A stretch of DNA of 60,359 nucleotides, taken from positions 1,259 through 61,617 of the forward strand of contig PLLE01000012.1 of NCBI GenBank assembly GCA_003141245.1, read 5' to 3'. The notes under the pieces were generated by a model. The model did not search any database and was not told the origin of the DNA. It saw only the letters and a program-made list of their open reading frames with translations. The position numbers were made by a program, and so were the translations under genes. The first letter of the stretch is position 1. Each line of letters opens with the position of its first letter. This document shows, in pieces, positions 42,169 through 51,620 of this stretch. The stretch comes from Chloroflexota bacterium. GTDB lineage: Bacteria > Chloroflexota > Limnocylindria > Limnocylindrales > CSP1-4.

Positions 42169-42603
42169 CTACCGGCGGCGCTTCGACTTGGCCGTCGCGC
42201 GGCTGCGGATCGTGGCCTCAGGGTGCGCCGTCTTGGAGCGCTGGAAGTAGCGCTGCCGGGCCAGCCGCTCCTCGTAAGCCTGGATGAGCGGCGGGAAGTG
42301 GATGAAGCGGATCCAGACGAAGAGGATCGCGCCGCCGAGCATCGTGGGCAGGACGAAGATGAAGTCGAAGCCGAAGACCGCGTACATGAGCAGCATGCTG
42401 AAGACTCCGATCGAAGTCCAGAGCAGCCACTCGTTCAGGTCGAGGAAGACGGCGTAGTTGCGCATGCGCCGACCCTGGAAGTTGTAGAAGACGATCGACA
42501 GGATGAGCATGGCGAGAGCGAATCGCCATGTCATGTCGAAGATCGGCGCGAAGTTGACGTTATTGAAACCGATGAACAGGTATTCCCACGGCGCGCGATT
42601 CAC
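42169..42603 (-). CDS. Hypothetical membrane protein (~3 TM, basic tail)
   Basis: GGAGG SD before GTG 42603; Phe-rich TM segments. Confidence 0.7.
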   Translation of the reverse strand: MNRAPWEYLFIGFNNVNFAPIFDMTWRFALAMLILSIVFYNFQGRRMRNYAVFLDLNEWLLWTSIGVFSMLLMYAVFGFDFIFVLPTMLGGAILFVWIRFIHFPPLIQAYEERLARQRYFQRSKTAHPEATIRSRATAKSKRRR

Positions 42604-42913
42604 GCGGACCTCCGTGCGTGAGCGATGTGGTCGTGCGATGCAGTCGTGCGACCTGGATATTCGCCGATCGGCCAGGGCCGGCTTCGAGCGGCGGCGGCGA
42701 GGGCGGGCCCGGCTGCCGACGCTGGCGACCGGGCGCCTGCGATCTTTGCGTCGCTGAGTATGCCATGACCGGGCGCTATACTCGGTCCAATCCGGCAAGC
42801 TGAGCCATCGCCCTGCCCGGTGCGCGGCTCGCAAACCCGCTCGAGCGCCTCCGGGAGCGCGGTCTTGCGGCGCCGGGGAGCTCTGGATCGCCGGCATTTG
42901 GGAGGTAGGCCTG

Positions 42914-44461
42914 GTGCGAGCCCTGCTCTCGGTGGCCAACCGCGAGGGCATCGGCCCGTTCGCCCGCGACCTCCTTTCGCTCGGCGTCGAGGTCTTCGCC
43001 ACCGAGGGAACGCGCGAATTCCTGGCCGGCGAGGGGGTCGAAGTCCGCTCCGTCTCCGAGTTGACCGGGACCGAGCCGATCGCCGGCGGTCAGGTCAAGA
43101 CTCTCCACCCCGCCATCTACGCCGGCATCCTGGCGCGCCGCGACCGACCCGACCAGCTGGCCGAGCTGGACGAGCAGGGGATCGGCCTGATCGATCTCGT
43201 GGCCGTCAACGTCAGCCGCTTCGCGCCGCAGGTCGGGGCGCGTCTCGTCCCGATCGACGAAGCCATCGAGATGATCGACGTGGGCGGCGCCGCTCTCCTG
43301 GCCGCGGCGGCGCGCAACTACGCCGGCGTGGCCGCCGTCGCGAACCCGACCCGCTACCCCGCGGTCATCGGCGAGATCCGGCAGCGCGGCGCCGTCTCAC
43401 CAGAGCTCCGCCAGCATCTCGCTGCCGAGGTGTACGGCCTCGTCGCCGCCTACCACGCCGAAGTGGCGGCGTACCTCTCCAACGCCTGCGGCGACATCTT
43501 CCCAAGCCGCCTCGCAATGGTCCTCGAGAAGGTGGACGACCTCCGCTACGGCGAGAACCCCACTCAGCACGGCGCCTTCTACCGCGAGACGACGCATCGT
43601 GCCGGCACGCTGGCCGACGCCACTCAGATCCAGGGTTCGCGGCCGTCGTTCAACGACCTGCTCGACCTGGACTCCGCCTACGCCTTCGCGACCGACTTCA
43701 CCGCGCCGACGGCGGTCCTCGTCAAGCACACCGATCCGGTCGGCCTGGCCTCGGCGGACGAGCTGGTCGAGGCCTATCGCAAGGCCCTCGAGACCGACTC
43801 GGTTTCGTGCTTCGGCGGCATCGTCGGGGTGAACCGCGAGCTGGACGGCGCCACCGCGCGCGAGATCGCGGCTAATTCCTACGAGGCGGTCGTGGCTCCG
43901 TCGTTCAGCCAGGCGGCCGTCGGCATCCTCGCCCAGAAGCCGCAACTTCGGCTGCTGGCCGTTCCGCCCAACCCGATTGAGGGCCCGCGCGACTACGGCA
44001 TCGCCAACCTCGACTTCAAACGCATCGCCGGCGGGCTGCTGGTCGAGACCAAGGACGAGCTGGGGCTCGACAAGACGCAACTCCACGTCGTCACCAAGCG
44101 GCGACCCACGCTCGAAGAGCTGACCGATCTGTTGTTCGCCTGGCGGACCGTCCGCCACGTCCGCTCGAACGCGATCGTGCTTGCCCGCAACGCCGGGACG
44201 GTCGGGATCGGCGCGGCCCAGGCGAGCCGCCAGACGGCCGTGGAGATCGCCCTGCACCGAGCCGGCGATCGGGCCAAGCTGGCGGTCATGGCCAGCGACG
44301 CGTACTTCCCGTTCCCCGACGGGATCCAGGTCGCGGCCCAGGCCGGGGTGACGGCGATCATCCAGCCGGGCGGCTCGATCCGCGACGAGATGGCGATCGA
44401 GGTCGCCGACCGCCACCACCTGGCGATGGTCTTCACGGGGCGGCGCCACTTCCGCCACTAG
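42914..44461 (+). CDS. purH: Bifunctional AICAR transformylase/IMP cyclohydrolase
   Basis: RALLSV, VKTLHP, LRYGENP, VKH, SNAIV, SDAYFPFPD, IQPGGSIRD, FTGRRHFRH; GGAGG SD. Confidence 0.93.
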   Translation: MRALLSVANREGIGPFARDLLSLGVEVFATEGTREFLAGEGVEVRSVSELTGTEPIAGGQVKTLHPAIYAGILARRDRPDQLAELDEQGIGLIDLVAVNVSRFAPQVGARLVPIDEAIEMIDVGGAALLAAAARNYAGVAAVANPTRYPAVIGEIRQRGAVSPELRQHLAAEVYGLVAAYHAEVAAYLSNACGDIFPSRLAMVLEKVDDLRYGENPTQHGAFYRETTHRAGTLADATQIQGSRPSFNDLLDLDSAYAFATDFTAPTAVLVKHTDPVGLASADELVEAYRKALETDSVSCFGGIVGVNRELDGATAREIAANSYEAVVAPSFSQAAVGILAQKPQLRLLAVPPNPIEGPRDYGIANLDFKRIAGGLLVETKDELGLDKTQLHVVTKRRPTLEELTDLLFAWRTVRHVRSNAIVLARNAGTVGIGAAQASRQTAVEIALHRAGDRAKLAVMASDAYFPFPDGIQVAAQAGVTAIIQPGGSIRDEMAIEVADRHHLAMVFTGRRHFRH

Positions 44462-44829
44462 CCCGCGAGGGCGCGGCGGTGGCGCCCCAATCGAAGCCGC
44501 GATCGAGGGAGGGACCGCCTCCGTGCCTTCCGGGCAATTCTCGCGGACTTCGAAGATCGAGTGATCCGCCAAGCCTCCCTTTCCGAATCAGTTGGTGACA
44601 GCCGATCGGAACCTGACGGGCCGGTCGGTCGGTCGGAGGAAGGGAAGCCCGGTCCTCCGGGCGTAGGGGACGGAGCGGGCGACAGGTCGGTGCCCAGACA
44701 GCCGACGAGGGATCTGTCGCCCGTTTCGCATTTCTCCGACACTTGCGGCGGCGCTCTGCGGCTACTCTTCGAACAACCGGCCGGGGCAACAGGCAATCCC
44801 CGGGCGCGGTCGGTCGCGAGAGGTGGGAT

Positions 44830-45630
44830 ATGAGACGTTTCGGCGCTCGGCTCGCAGGCATGGCGTTGATGCTGGGCCTCTTGCCGTTCACCGTGAGTGG
44901 ATGCAACGTAACCTGCGCCTGCGCCTCGACGCCCGACCCGAACTGGACGCCGCCACCGGTCTCGGCCCAGGAAGCCGCGGCGGCGGCCGCGAAGTTCGCC
45001 GCCGGAAGCACCGGGGCGCAGCCGAGCGGTCTGGTGGCCTCGCTCAGTTACTCGGGCCAGGACCATCCCCTGTATGCGGTGCTGGGGCCGACCGTCGGCG
45101 CCGTCGTCGATGCGCACTCGGGTCTCGTGCTCGGGTTCGTGCAGGTGGACGCGCTGCCGGAGTCGAGCGAGGTCGCGATCTCGAGTGCCGTAGCGCAGGC
45201 TCGGGCGACGTCGTTCCTCAGCGATCGCGGATATGACACGGGCGCACTCGTCGCCACGACTACCCTCCGGAACGGCGCCTCATCCGCATACGTCGCGACG
45301 TGGGCCGCTCAGGGGAGCGGCGTGGAGCAAATCTCCGTCTCGGTCGATCCGTCGAACGGCACGCCGTTTGCGTTCGTCGACCAGCGGTTCGGGGTTCGCC
45401 TGGTTCCACCTTCCATCGGCGCGGCCACGGCCGCCAGGCTGGCGCTCGCCTCGATTTCCACACCGGGCGAGCGGGTACTCGCGAACGACTTCTCGTTCGG
45501 GTTCGACGATTCGACCTGGGGAGTGAGCCTGGGCGTGCCCAGCGCCACCGCGAGTGACGTCTACGAGCACGGGGCGTTCGTCGAGGTCGACGCGGTCACG
45601 GGCGTCGTGACCGTCCGCAAGAGCGACTGA
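44830..45630 (+). CDS. Putative lipoprotein with PepSY-like repeats
   Basis: Signal with lipobox-like VSG-C; repeated VSAQEAAA/VDAHSG, ISSAVAQA/VDPSNG, VDAVTG units. Confidence 0.65.
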   Translation: MRRFGARLAGMALMLGLLPFTVSGCNVTCACASTPDPNWTPPPVSAQEAAAAAAKFAAGSTGAQPSGLVASLSYSGQDHPLYAVLGPTVGAVVDAHSGLVLGFVQVDALPESSEVAISSAVAQARATSFLSDRGYDTGALVATTTLRNGASSAYVATWAAQGSGVEQISVSVDPSNGTPFAFVDQRFGVRLVPPSIGAATAARLALASISTPGERVLANDFSFGFDDSTWGVSLGVPSATASDVYEHGAFVEVDAVTGVVTVRKSD

Positions 45631-45654
45631 CCAGCGACTGACCAGCGACTGACC
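45622..45654 (+). repeat. 11-bp tandem repeat x3 spanning a stop codon
   Basis: AGCGACTGACC x3. Confidence 0.9.
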
Positions 45655-45923
45655 GGGCCGCCCGCCGTCTCACCAACGCCGAAGTTTCCCAATTCCCACC
45701 ACGACGACATTGGGCAAAGGCGATCGGTTTGCCGGCGCCGAAAGCTGGGCCTCTTGCGCCGAAACGAGCCTCCGCGCGGCCGAATCACCCCGAATCAGGC
45801 TCCCCGGAGCCCGGATTTGGCTCGAGCTCGCAACCGGCGTGCCCGCAGGCGGACTCGTTCTCGCTCAATGTCGTCCTCATGGGAATTCGGCAAGAACGCG
45901 TCGGCCGCCGATGCGGAGTGGGT

Positions 45924-46535
45924 CTACGACTCGGGTCCTGCCCACGCCCCCGAGCCCGAGTCCCAGCGGGCGATCGGGCGGACGGCCGAGGCGCCCTCGA
46001 TCGATTCCTGGCGGGCGCGGGCCTGCTCGACCGATTCGGTCCAGCCGGGCGGGACAAGGTCCGGGGCCAGATCCGACAGAGGCGCGAGGACGAAGAGCCG
46101 GCGGCCGGCTTCCGAATGTGGGACCTCCAGCAGGCGCGTGGCCTTGGCCGGGTCGGGCGAGCGGCCCTCCTCCGGCCGCTCCACTGCAATCCGCTCCTCA
46201 CCGAAGAGGAGCAGGTCCAGGTCCAGCTCGCGCGGGCCGTAGCGGAATCGATCCTGCCGGCCGAAGGTGCGCTCGATCGACTTGAGGGCGAGCAGCAGCG
46301 CGATCGGGCCGGTTGCCCCCGGGCCGCCTGGACCGGCCGGCACGTTCAGCGCGACGACCGCATTGTGGAAGTCGGGCTGATCCGCGACTTCGACCGGCGT
46401 CGTCACGTACAGGCGCGAGACGCCCGCCAGAGAGGCCCCGGGCAGAACCGCCAGGGCGTGGACGGCCGCGGTCAGCGTCGCCTTCGCGTCGCCGACGTTC
46501 GCTCCCAACCCGATGTACGCCCGAACCATTGCCAT
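45924..46535 (-). CDS. folK: 2-amino-4-hydroxy-6-hydroxymethyldihydropteridine diphosphokinase
   Basis: AYIGLGANVGD, SRLYVT, QPDFHNAV, RYGPRELDLDLL, VPH, RLFVLAPL. Confidence 0.93.
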   Translation of the reverse strand: MAMVRAYIGLGANVGDAKATLTAAVHALAVLPGASLAGVSRLYVTTPVEVADQPDFHNAVVALNVPAGPGGPGATGPIALLLALKSIERTFGRQDRFRYGPRELDLDLLLFGEERIAVERPEEGRSPDPAKATRLLEVPHSEAGRRLFVLAPLSDLAPDLVPPGWTESVEQARARQESIEGASAVRPIARWDSGSGAWAGPES

Positions 46536-46614
46536 CGACTGGCTCCCGAAGTGCCGGCGGGGGCGCGAGGATCGCGACTGCCGCGCGGCCGGGCGCCGCG
46601 GCTAGACTCCGCTC

Positions 46615-47817
46615 GTGCGCCCGGTGCTAGTGCTCATTTTCCACCCCGCGGCCCCGCCCGATGCCGGGCCGCTGGTACGTGCCCTGGCGGGGGCGCGCCG
46701 CTCCCTGGCGGAGCGGCAACGGGTCGCGTTTCTGGCGGCCGGCGCCGACGAAGTGAAGGTGGTGGCGGGGCCGCCGGACGGGCTGTCGTTCGGCGAGCGG
46801 CTGGGGGCGGAGGTGCGAGCATGGGCGGCGGCCCGGGGCGCCCGGGCGGCGGAAGCGGGCGGCGGCGGCCCGGGTGGCGTGGTCGTCCTCGGTTCGGGGA
46901 GCATCCCCCTGGCGCGGGCCGCGGATCTGCGGCGCTTCGTGGAGGTGGCCGCGGGGCCGGGCGGGCACGCCCTGGCGAACAACCGCTATTCGGCAGACGT
47001 GGTGGCGGTCTCGCGGGCGGCCGATCTGGCGGAGCTGCCGCCACTCCCCGCCGACAACGCCCTTCCCCGATGGCTGGAGGAGCGGGCCGGAGTGGCCGTC
47101 GCGGATCTTCGCTCGCGCTGGCGGCTGGGCGTCGACATCGACACGCCGCTCGATCTGCTGATACTCGGTGCGGGTGGCGCAGGGACCGGCTCGGGGCGTG
47201 CAGGGCGCGGCGGGACCGGGACCGGCGCTTTCCACGGAACGGCGCCACTCGTCGGCGAGCGACTGGCGGCACTCTCCGAGGTTCTGACGGATCGCCGTGC
47301 CGAGCTGCTCGTCGCGGGGCGCGTCTCCGCGACCACTCTCCGCTGGCTCGAGAGCGGCGTGGCCTGCCGCGTTCGGGCCCTCGTCGAGGAGCGCGGCCTC
47401 CGGGCCGCTAGCAGGCTCGCCCAGACGGGCGCCACGACCGGCTCCCGGCCTCCGCGCTCCGTCCTTGGGGAGCTGCTCGACCGCGACGGCCCCGAATCGC
47501 TGGCCCGCACCGTCGCCATGCTGGCCGACGCCGCAGTCATCGACACGCGTGTCCTGCTCGCCCATCGCCACGGCGCCGAAGAGTCGGCCTGGCCGCCAGC
47601 CGAGGATCGCTTCGCATCGGACCTCCTGCTGCCCGCGTCCATCGCCGATCCGTGGCTGCGTGCCCTCACGGCCTCGGCCGCGGGGCTCTCCCCGATTGCG
47701 GCGCCCGACATCGCCGCCACCTCCCCCTCCGACCGCCCGATCCTGCTCGGCGGCCACACCCTGATGAACGGCGGGCTGCGCCTGCTCGCGCAGCGAGCTC
47801 GTGCGGGGGCCCGATGA
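46615..47817 (+). CDS. Hypothetical protein with CofC/MobA-like nucleotidyltransferase features
   Basis: SFGERL, VVVLGSGSIP, NNRYSAD, GVDIDTPLDL (compare CofC DVDTxxDL); TAGACT 6 nt before GTG. Confidence 0.55.
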   Translation: MRPVLVLIFHPAAPPDAGPLVRALAGARRSLAERQRVAFLAAGADEVKVVAGPPDGLSFGERLGAEVRAWAAARGARAAEAGGGGPGGVVVLGSGSIPLARAADLRRFVEVAAGPGGHALANNRYSADVVAVSRAADLAELPPLPADNALPRWLEERAGVAVADLRSRWRLGVDIDTPLDLLILGAGGAGTGSGRAGRGGTGTGAFHGTAPLVGERLAALSEVLTDRRAELLVAGRVSATTLRWLESGVACRVRALVEERGLRAASRLAQTGATTGSRPPRSVLGELLDRDGPESLARTVAMLADAAVIDTRVLLAHRHGAEESAWPPAEDRFASDLLLPASIADPWLRALTASAAGLSPIAAPDIAATSPSDRPILLGGHTLMNGGLRLLAQRARAGAR

Positions 47818-49088
47818 CGCCCGACCGTCTGCCTCCGCCGACCGAGCTCCCGTCGCCGGCCGACCCCCGGCCTCCGTCCGACCCTTCAACCGCCGGTTCG
47901 TCGGACCGTTCGTCGGACCGTTCGTCCGACCGTTCGTCCGACCGTTCGACCGAACTCGCCGGCCGGATCCGCGCCGAGATCGAAGGGAAACCCGACCGCC
48001 GGATCACCTTCGCCCGCTTCATGGAGCGCGCCCTCTACGAGCCGGACCTCGGCTACTACCGCCAGTCCGCCGACCGCCCCACCGATGCCGGCGACTTCCT
48101 GACCGCACCCGAGACGCATCCGATCTTCGGTTGGACGATCGCGCGCCGGATCGAGCAGATTTGGGACAAGCTGGGGCGCCCGCGACCATTCACCCTGATC
48201 GAGTATGGTGCCGGGTCGGGGACCCTGGGGCTGTCGATCCTCGAAGGCCTGCGCCGTCACGACTCGACCGACTTGCTCGCGGCGATCCGCTACGAGCCGG
48301 TCGAATCGAACCCGAACCGCCTGTCCGACCTCCGTGAAAGGTTCGAAAGGGCCGGCCTTGCCGAGCTCCTGGCGCTTGCCGGCTCTCCATCGAACGGACC
48401 CGTGCCCGTCATCGGCGTCCTCCTTGCCAACGAGTTCCTCGACGCCCTGCCGGTCCACCGCGTCGTCGCCCGAGACGGCAGGCTACTCGAGCTCTACGTC
48501 GGCTGGCGCGATCGGTTCGTCCAGGAAGCGGCCGAGCCATCGACTCCAGAACTCGCCCGACGCCTGGCGGACGACGGCCTCGACCCGGGCCAGCTCGCCG
48601 AGGGCCAGGTCGCCGAGATCTGCCTGGATCTGGAGCCCTGGCTCGACGAAGTTGGTCGGCGCCTCGCCCGCGGCTTCGTCCTCGCTATCGACTACGGCTA
48701 CCCCGCCGCCGAGATGTACGGCCCGCGCCGCCTCGCCGGCACGTTGCTCGGCTACCGCGGCCACCGCGTGCAGGAGGACCCGTTCGCGGATCCGGGCCTG
48801 ACCGACCTGACCGCCCACGTCGACTTCACCGCGGTCCAGGTACTCGCGGAGCGGCGCGGTCTCCATTCCGTGGCTCTGACCACGCAGTCGGAGTTTCTGA
48901 TCGCCGCCGGCCTGGAGTCGGAGCTGCAGGCTCTCCAGTCGTCGCCCGAAACCACGGCCGAGGCCTATCTGCGCGCCCGCTCCGGCGTCGTCCGCATGCT
49001 CGACCCGCGCCACATGGGCCGTTTCCGCGTCTTGACGCTGGAGCGACGAGGATCCGCGGCTGCCTCCGACTCGCCGGCGGCGCGATAG
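47814..49088 (+). CDS. SAM-dependent methyltransferase, MidA/NDUFAF7 (DUF185) family
   Basis: ITFARFMERALY..GYY, GDFLTAPE, EYGAGSGTL, ANEFLDALP, IDYG, DLTAHVDF, TQSEFL, MGRFRVL; ATGA overlap with the upstream gene. Confidence 0.9.
   Translation: MTPDRLPPPTELPSPADPRPPSDPSTAGSSDRSSDRSSDRSSDRSTELAGRIRAEIEGKPDRRITFARFMERALYEPDLGYYRQSADRPTDAGDFLTAPETHPIFGWTIARRIEQIWDKLGRPRPFTLIEYGAGSGTLGLSILEGLRRHDSTDLLAAIRYEPVESNPNRLSDLRERFERAGLAELLALAGSPSNGPVPVIGVLLANEFLDALPVHRVVARDGRLLELYVGWRDRFVQEAAEPSTPELARRLADDGLDPGQLAEGQVAEICLDLEPWLDEVGRRLARGFVLAIDYGYPAAEMYGPRRLAGTLLGYRGHRVQEDPFADPGLTDLTAHVDFTAVQVLAERRGLHSVALTTQSEFLIAAGLESELQALQSSPETTAEAYLRARSGVVRMLDPRHMGRFRVLTLERRGSAAASDSPAAR
47896..47951 (+). repeat. 12-bp tandem repeat x4.5 (SSDR)
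   Basis: gttcgtcSgacc x4 plus gttcgacc. Confidence 0.9.
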
Positions 49089-49837
49089 GCCACTTCCCGT
49101 ATTGCCGCGGACGGGCGCGGCCGGGCAATCTTCGCTGCGGAGCGAGGGGGAAACGCGGCGGGAGCCGGCAGAGTCGAGGCAGGCCGATCCGACCCCGCGG
49201 CGCGCCAACGCTCCACAATACCGAACTTCCGTGTGCAGCCGCCAGTCGCTACCCCGCTGGCGGTCAAGCCGGTGACGCGGGCGGCACGACCAGCCTCGAG
49301 CCGCCCGCGCCGGCTGTCTGGGGCCAGCGCGAACGCCGTATGGGGCCCGACGCGAACGCCGTATGGGCAGCTCGCGTCTCCGACCGCCGTATGGGCCGCC
49401 CGCGCCTCCGACGGCCGCCCTCCCCCGATTCCCGGGCTCTCCCAGACCTGGCCGTCCCGGCTTTGGCCGCCCAGCGTCGCAGGACCTGTCGGGCACTCGC
49501 CCGGGGAGTGATATCGAGCGACGGCGGGCGCGGAGCCGGCGCGCTGCCGCTCCATGTCGAATTTCCGGAGGCCCGATGAGCGTGGCCCACGGCCTAAGCC
49601 ACCCGCCTCGAGCCGGCCGGTGGCGCGCCCGGCGGGCCAGTCTCTCAACGCCACACCCCCCCCGGGCGAGTAGGCGAGAAAATCGCCGCCATGCTCCCGC
49701 GCTCCGCGTGCCCCGCCGTCGCGCGCAAGCTCCCGCGCCGCGCGCCCCACGCCGCCGCGCGCCCACGCCGTCGCGCGCCATGCTCCCGCGCTCCGCGTGG
49801 GAGAGGCGCCCGCGATTCCCGGGCCCCACGGCCCTGC

Positions 49838-49846
49838 TGGTAGACT
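49838..49846 (+). promoter_or_regulatory. Extended -10 promoter candidate for the nuo operon
   Basis: TG-G-TAGACT about 125 nt upstream of nuoA. Confidence 0.4.
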
Positions 49847-49969
49847 TGCCGGCGGAAAGCGAGGGAACGGGCATCGAACCCGTCCCCGCCACCGCCACCG
49901 CCCGAGAGCAATGCTCGCGCCCGACGCCGCGGAAGCCTCGCCGCGAACGACAGGCACGGCTGGAGAGTG

Positions 49970-50326
49970 ATGACCGGCATCTGGTACGTGCTTGGCTTGG
50001 CCGCCGCGGGAGTCGGCTTCGTATTCCTCGTAATCGGCCTGGCCTGGCTCATCTCGCACCGCAACCACGGCGACCGCCACAAGGGCATGCCGTATGAAAG
50101 CGGCATCGACACCTTCGGCGACACCTGGGGCCGGTTCGGTGTCTCCTTCTACGTCTACGCCCTTCTCTTCGTTGCCTTCGACGTGGAGGTGGTCTTTCTC
50201 TTCCTGTGGGCGATCGTGTTCCGAAGCCTGCTGCTGGGCGGCCTCGTGAGCATGGGCACCTTCGTGCTCGTGCTCCTGCTCGGCCTGGCCTACGCCTGGC
50301 GGAAGGGAGTCCTGACGTGGCGGTAG
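49970..50326 (+). CDS. nuoA: NADH-quinone oxidoreductase subunit A
   Basis: KGMPYESG, FYVYALLFVAFDVEVVFL, YAWRKGVLTW. Confidence 0.95.
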   Translation: MTGIWYVLGLAAAGVGFVFLVIGLAWLISHRNHGDRHKGMPYESGIDTFGDTWGRFGVSFYVYALLFVAFDVEVVFLFLWAIVFRSLLLGGLVSMGTFVLVLLLGLAYAWRKGVLTWR

Positions 50327-51051
50327 GCGATCGTGACCCGAGGGGCGGCAAGGCGGCGCGGGCTGCCGGAGAAGCGGCCGGGAGCCGGCTCGCACCCCTC
50401 GCTCCGGGCGATCTGACCGCGCCGATAGTCGTCCCGAACACGCTCTGGCAGGCGACCAACCCGCTCGCATACGACGGCGGACGTCCGACCGAGATCACCC
50501 ACCTGCGCGAGTTCGGCCAGACGGAAGCCGGGCGTCGCGACGACCTTCGTTGGGGAGCGCTCCAGATCGTACCCACCAAGGCCGACTACATACTCGATCT
50601 CATCCGGGCGAACAGCCTCTGGCCGCTCCTTTCGGGCCTGGCCTGCTGCGCCTTCGAGATGATGTCGGGCGCCACCAGCAAATTCGACATGGACCGCTGG
50701 GGCATGTTCCCGTTCAGGGCCTCGCCCCGCCAGTCGGACGTGCTAATCGTCGCCGGGACGCTCACGACCAAGATGTCCGGGCCGCTTCTCCGGCTGTGGG
50801 AGCAGATGCCCGAACCCAAATGGTGCGTCGCCCTGGGTGACTGCACCGTTTCGGGCGGCCGCTACAAGCGCAGCTACTCCACGGTCCAGGGGATCGACCG
50901 GATCATGCCCGTAGACGTGTACATTCCCGGCTGCCCGCCCCGGCCCGAAGGGCTGATCTACGGCATGCTTCAGCTCGGTCAGCTCGTCAAGGACCGCCGC
51001 GGCCACTGGGACGAGCGCGAGATCGGCCCCACGGTACCGGACAAGATCTGA
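50317..51051 (+). CDS. nuoB: NADH-quinone oxidoreductase subunit B (N-terminal extension)
   Basis: GLACCAFEM, SPRQSD, QMPEPKW, GDC, VDVYIPGCPPRPE. Confidence 0.95.
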   Translation: MAVGDRDPRGGKAARAAGEAAGSRLAPLAPGDLTAPIVVPNTLWQATNPLAYDGGRPTEITHLREFGQTEAGRRDDLRWGALQIVPTKADYILDLIRANSLWPLLSGLACCAFEMMSGATSKFDMDRWGMFPFRASPRQSDVLIVAGTLTTKMSGPLLRLWEQMPEPKWCVALGDCTVSGGRYKRSYSTVQGIDRIMPVDVYIPGCPPRPEGLIYGMLQLGQLVKDRRGHWDEREIGPTVPDKI

Positions 51052-51054
51052 CCG

Positions 51055-51612
51055 ATGGATCGTTCGCTCAAGCGCCGACTCGAAGCGCGCCTCAGCTCGC
51101 AGCTGCGCGGGCCGGTTCGCCAGCGCCACGATCAGACCGAGATTCGGATCGGGCCGGGCGACGTGCCGGACGTGCTCCGCACCCTGCACGACGCCGTCGA
51201 TCTCCGCTTCGAGATCCTGGCCGACCTGGCCGGCGTCGACACGGGCCAGGAAATGCAGGTCGTGTACCACCTCTGGAGCGAAACCGCCTCGGACTGGCTG
51301 CGTGTGATCGTCGAGGGGATCTCGCGCGACGACCCGCGCTGCCCATCCGCAACCTTCCTATGGATCGGGGCGGAATGGCCCGAGCGCGAGGCCTACGACA
51401 TGTTCGGCATCGTCTTCGAGGGCAACCGCGACCTGCGCCGCATCTTCATGCCGCCCGACTACACCAGCTTCCCGCTCCGCAAGGACTTCCTGCTGCCCGA
51501 CGACGCGGCCCGATCCCCGGGAGCCGGGGTTCGGCACGTCGAGCGACCCCACGCCCCGGCCGTCGTGGCCGGAGATCCCGCGGCCGGCATCCGCCGGGCG
51601 CCGGCGAGCTGA
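51055..51612 (+). CDS. nuoC: NADH-quinone oxidoreductase subunit C
   Basis: DLAGVD, VVYHL, AEWPEREAYDMFGIVFEG, FPLRKDF. Confidence 0.95.
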   Translation: MDRSLKRRLEARLSSQLRGPVRQRHDQTEIRIGPGDVPDVLRTLHDAVDLRFEILADLAGVDTGQEMQVVYHLWSETASDWLRVIVEGISRDDPRCPSATFLWIGAEWPEREAYDMFGIVFEGNRDLRRIFMPPDYTSFPLRKDFLLPDDAARSPGAGVRHVERPHAPAVVAGDPAAGIRRAPAS

Positions 51613-51620
51613 GGACGGAG

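Noticed and set aside
42620-42913. ZMP/ZTP (pfl) riboswitch upstream of purH
   Set aside because: Only fragments resemble it (GTCGTGCGAC, GCCGAC). The GACTGGCG and CGCCTGGGC pseudoknot elements are not present in order.
44462-44829. Possible small gene or RNA between purH and the lipoprotein
   Set aside because: No ORF with coding-like composition or SD, and no recognisable RNA family.
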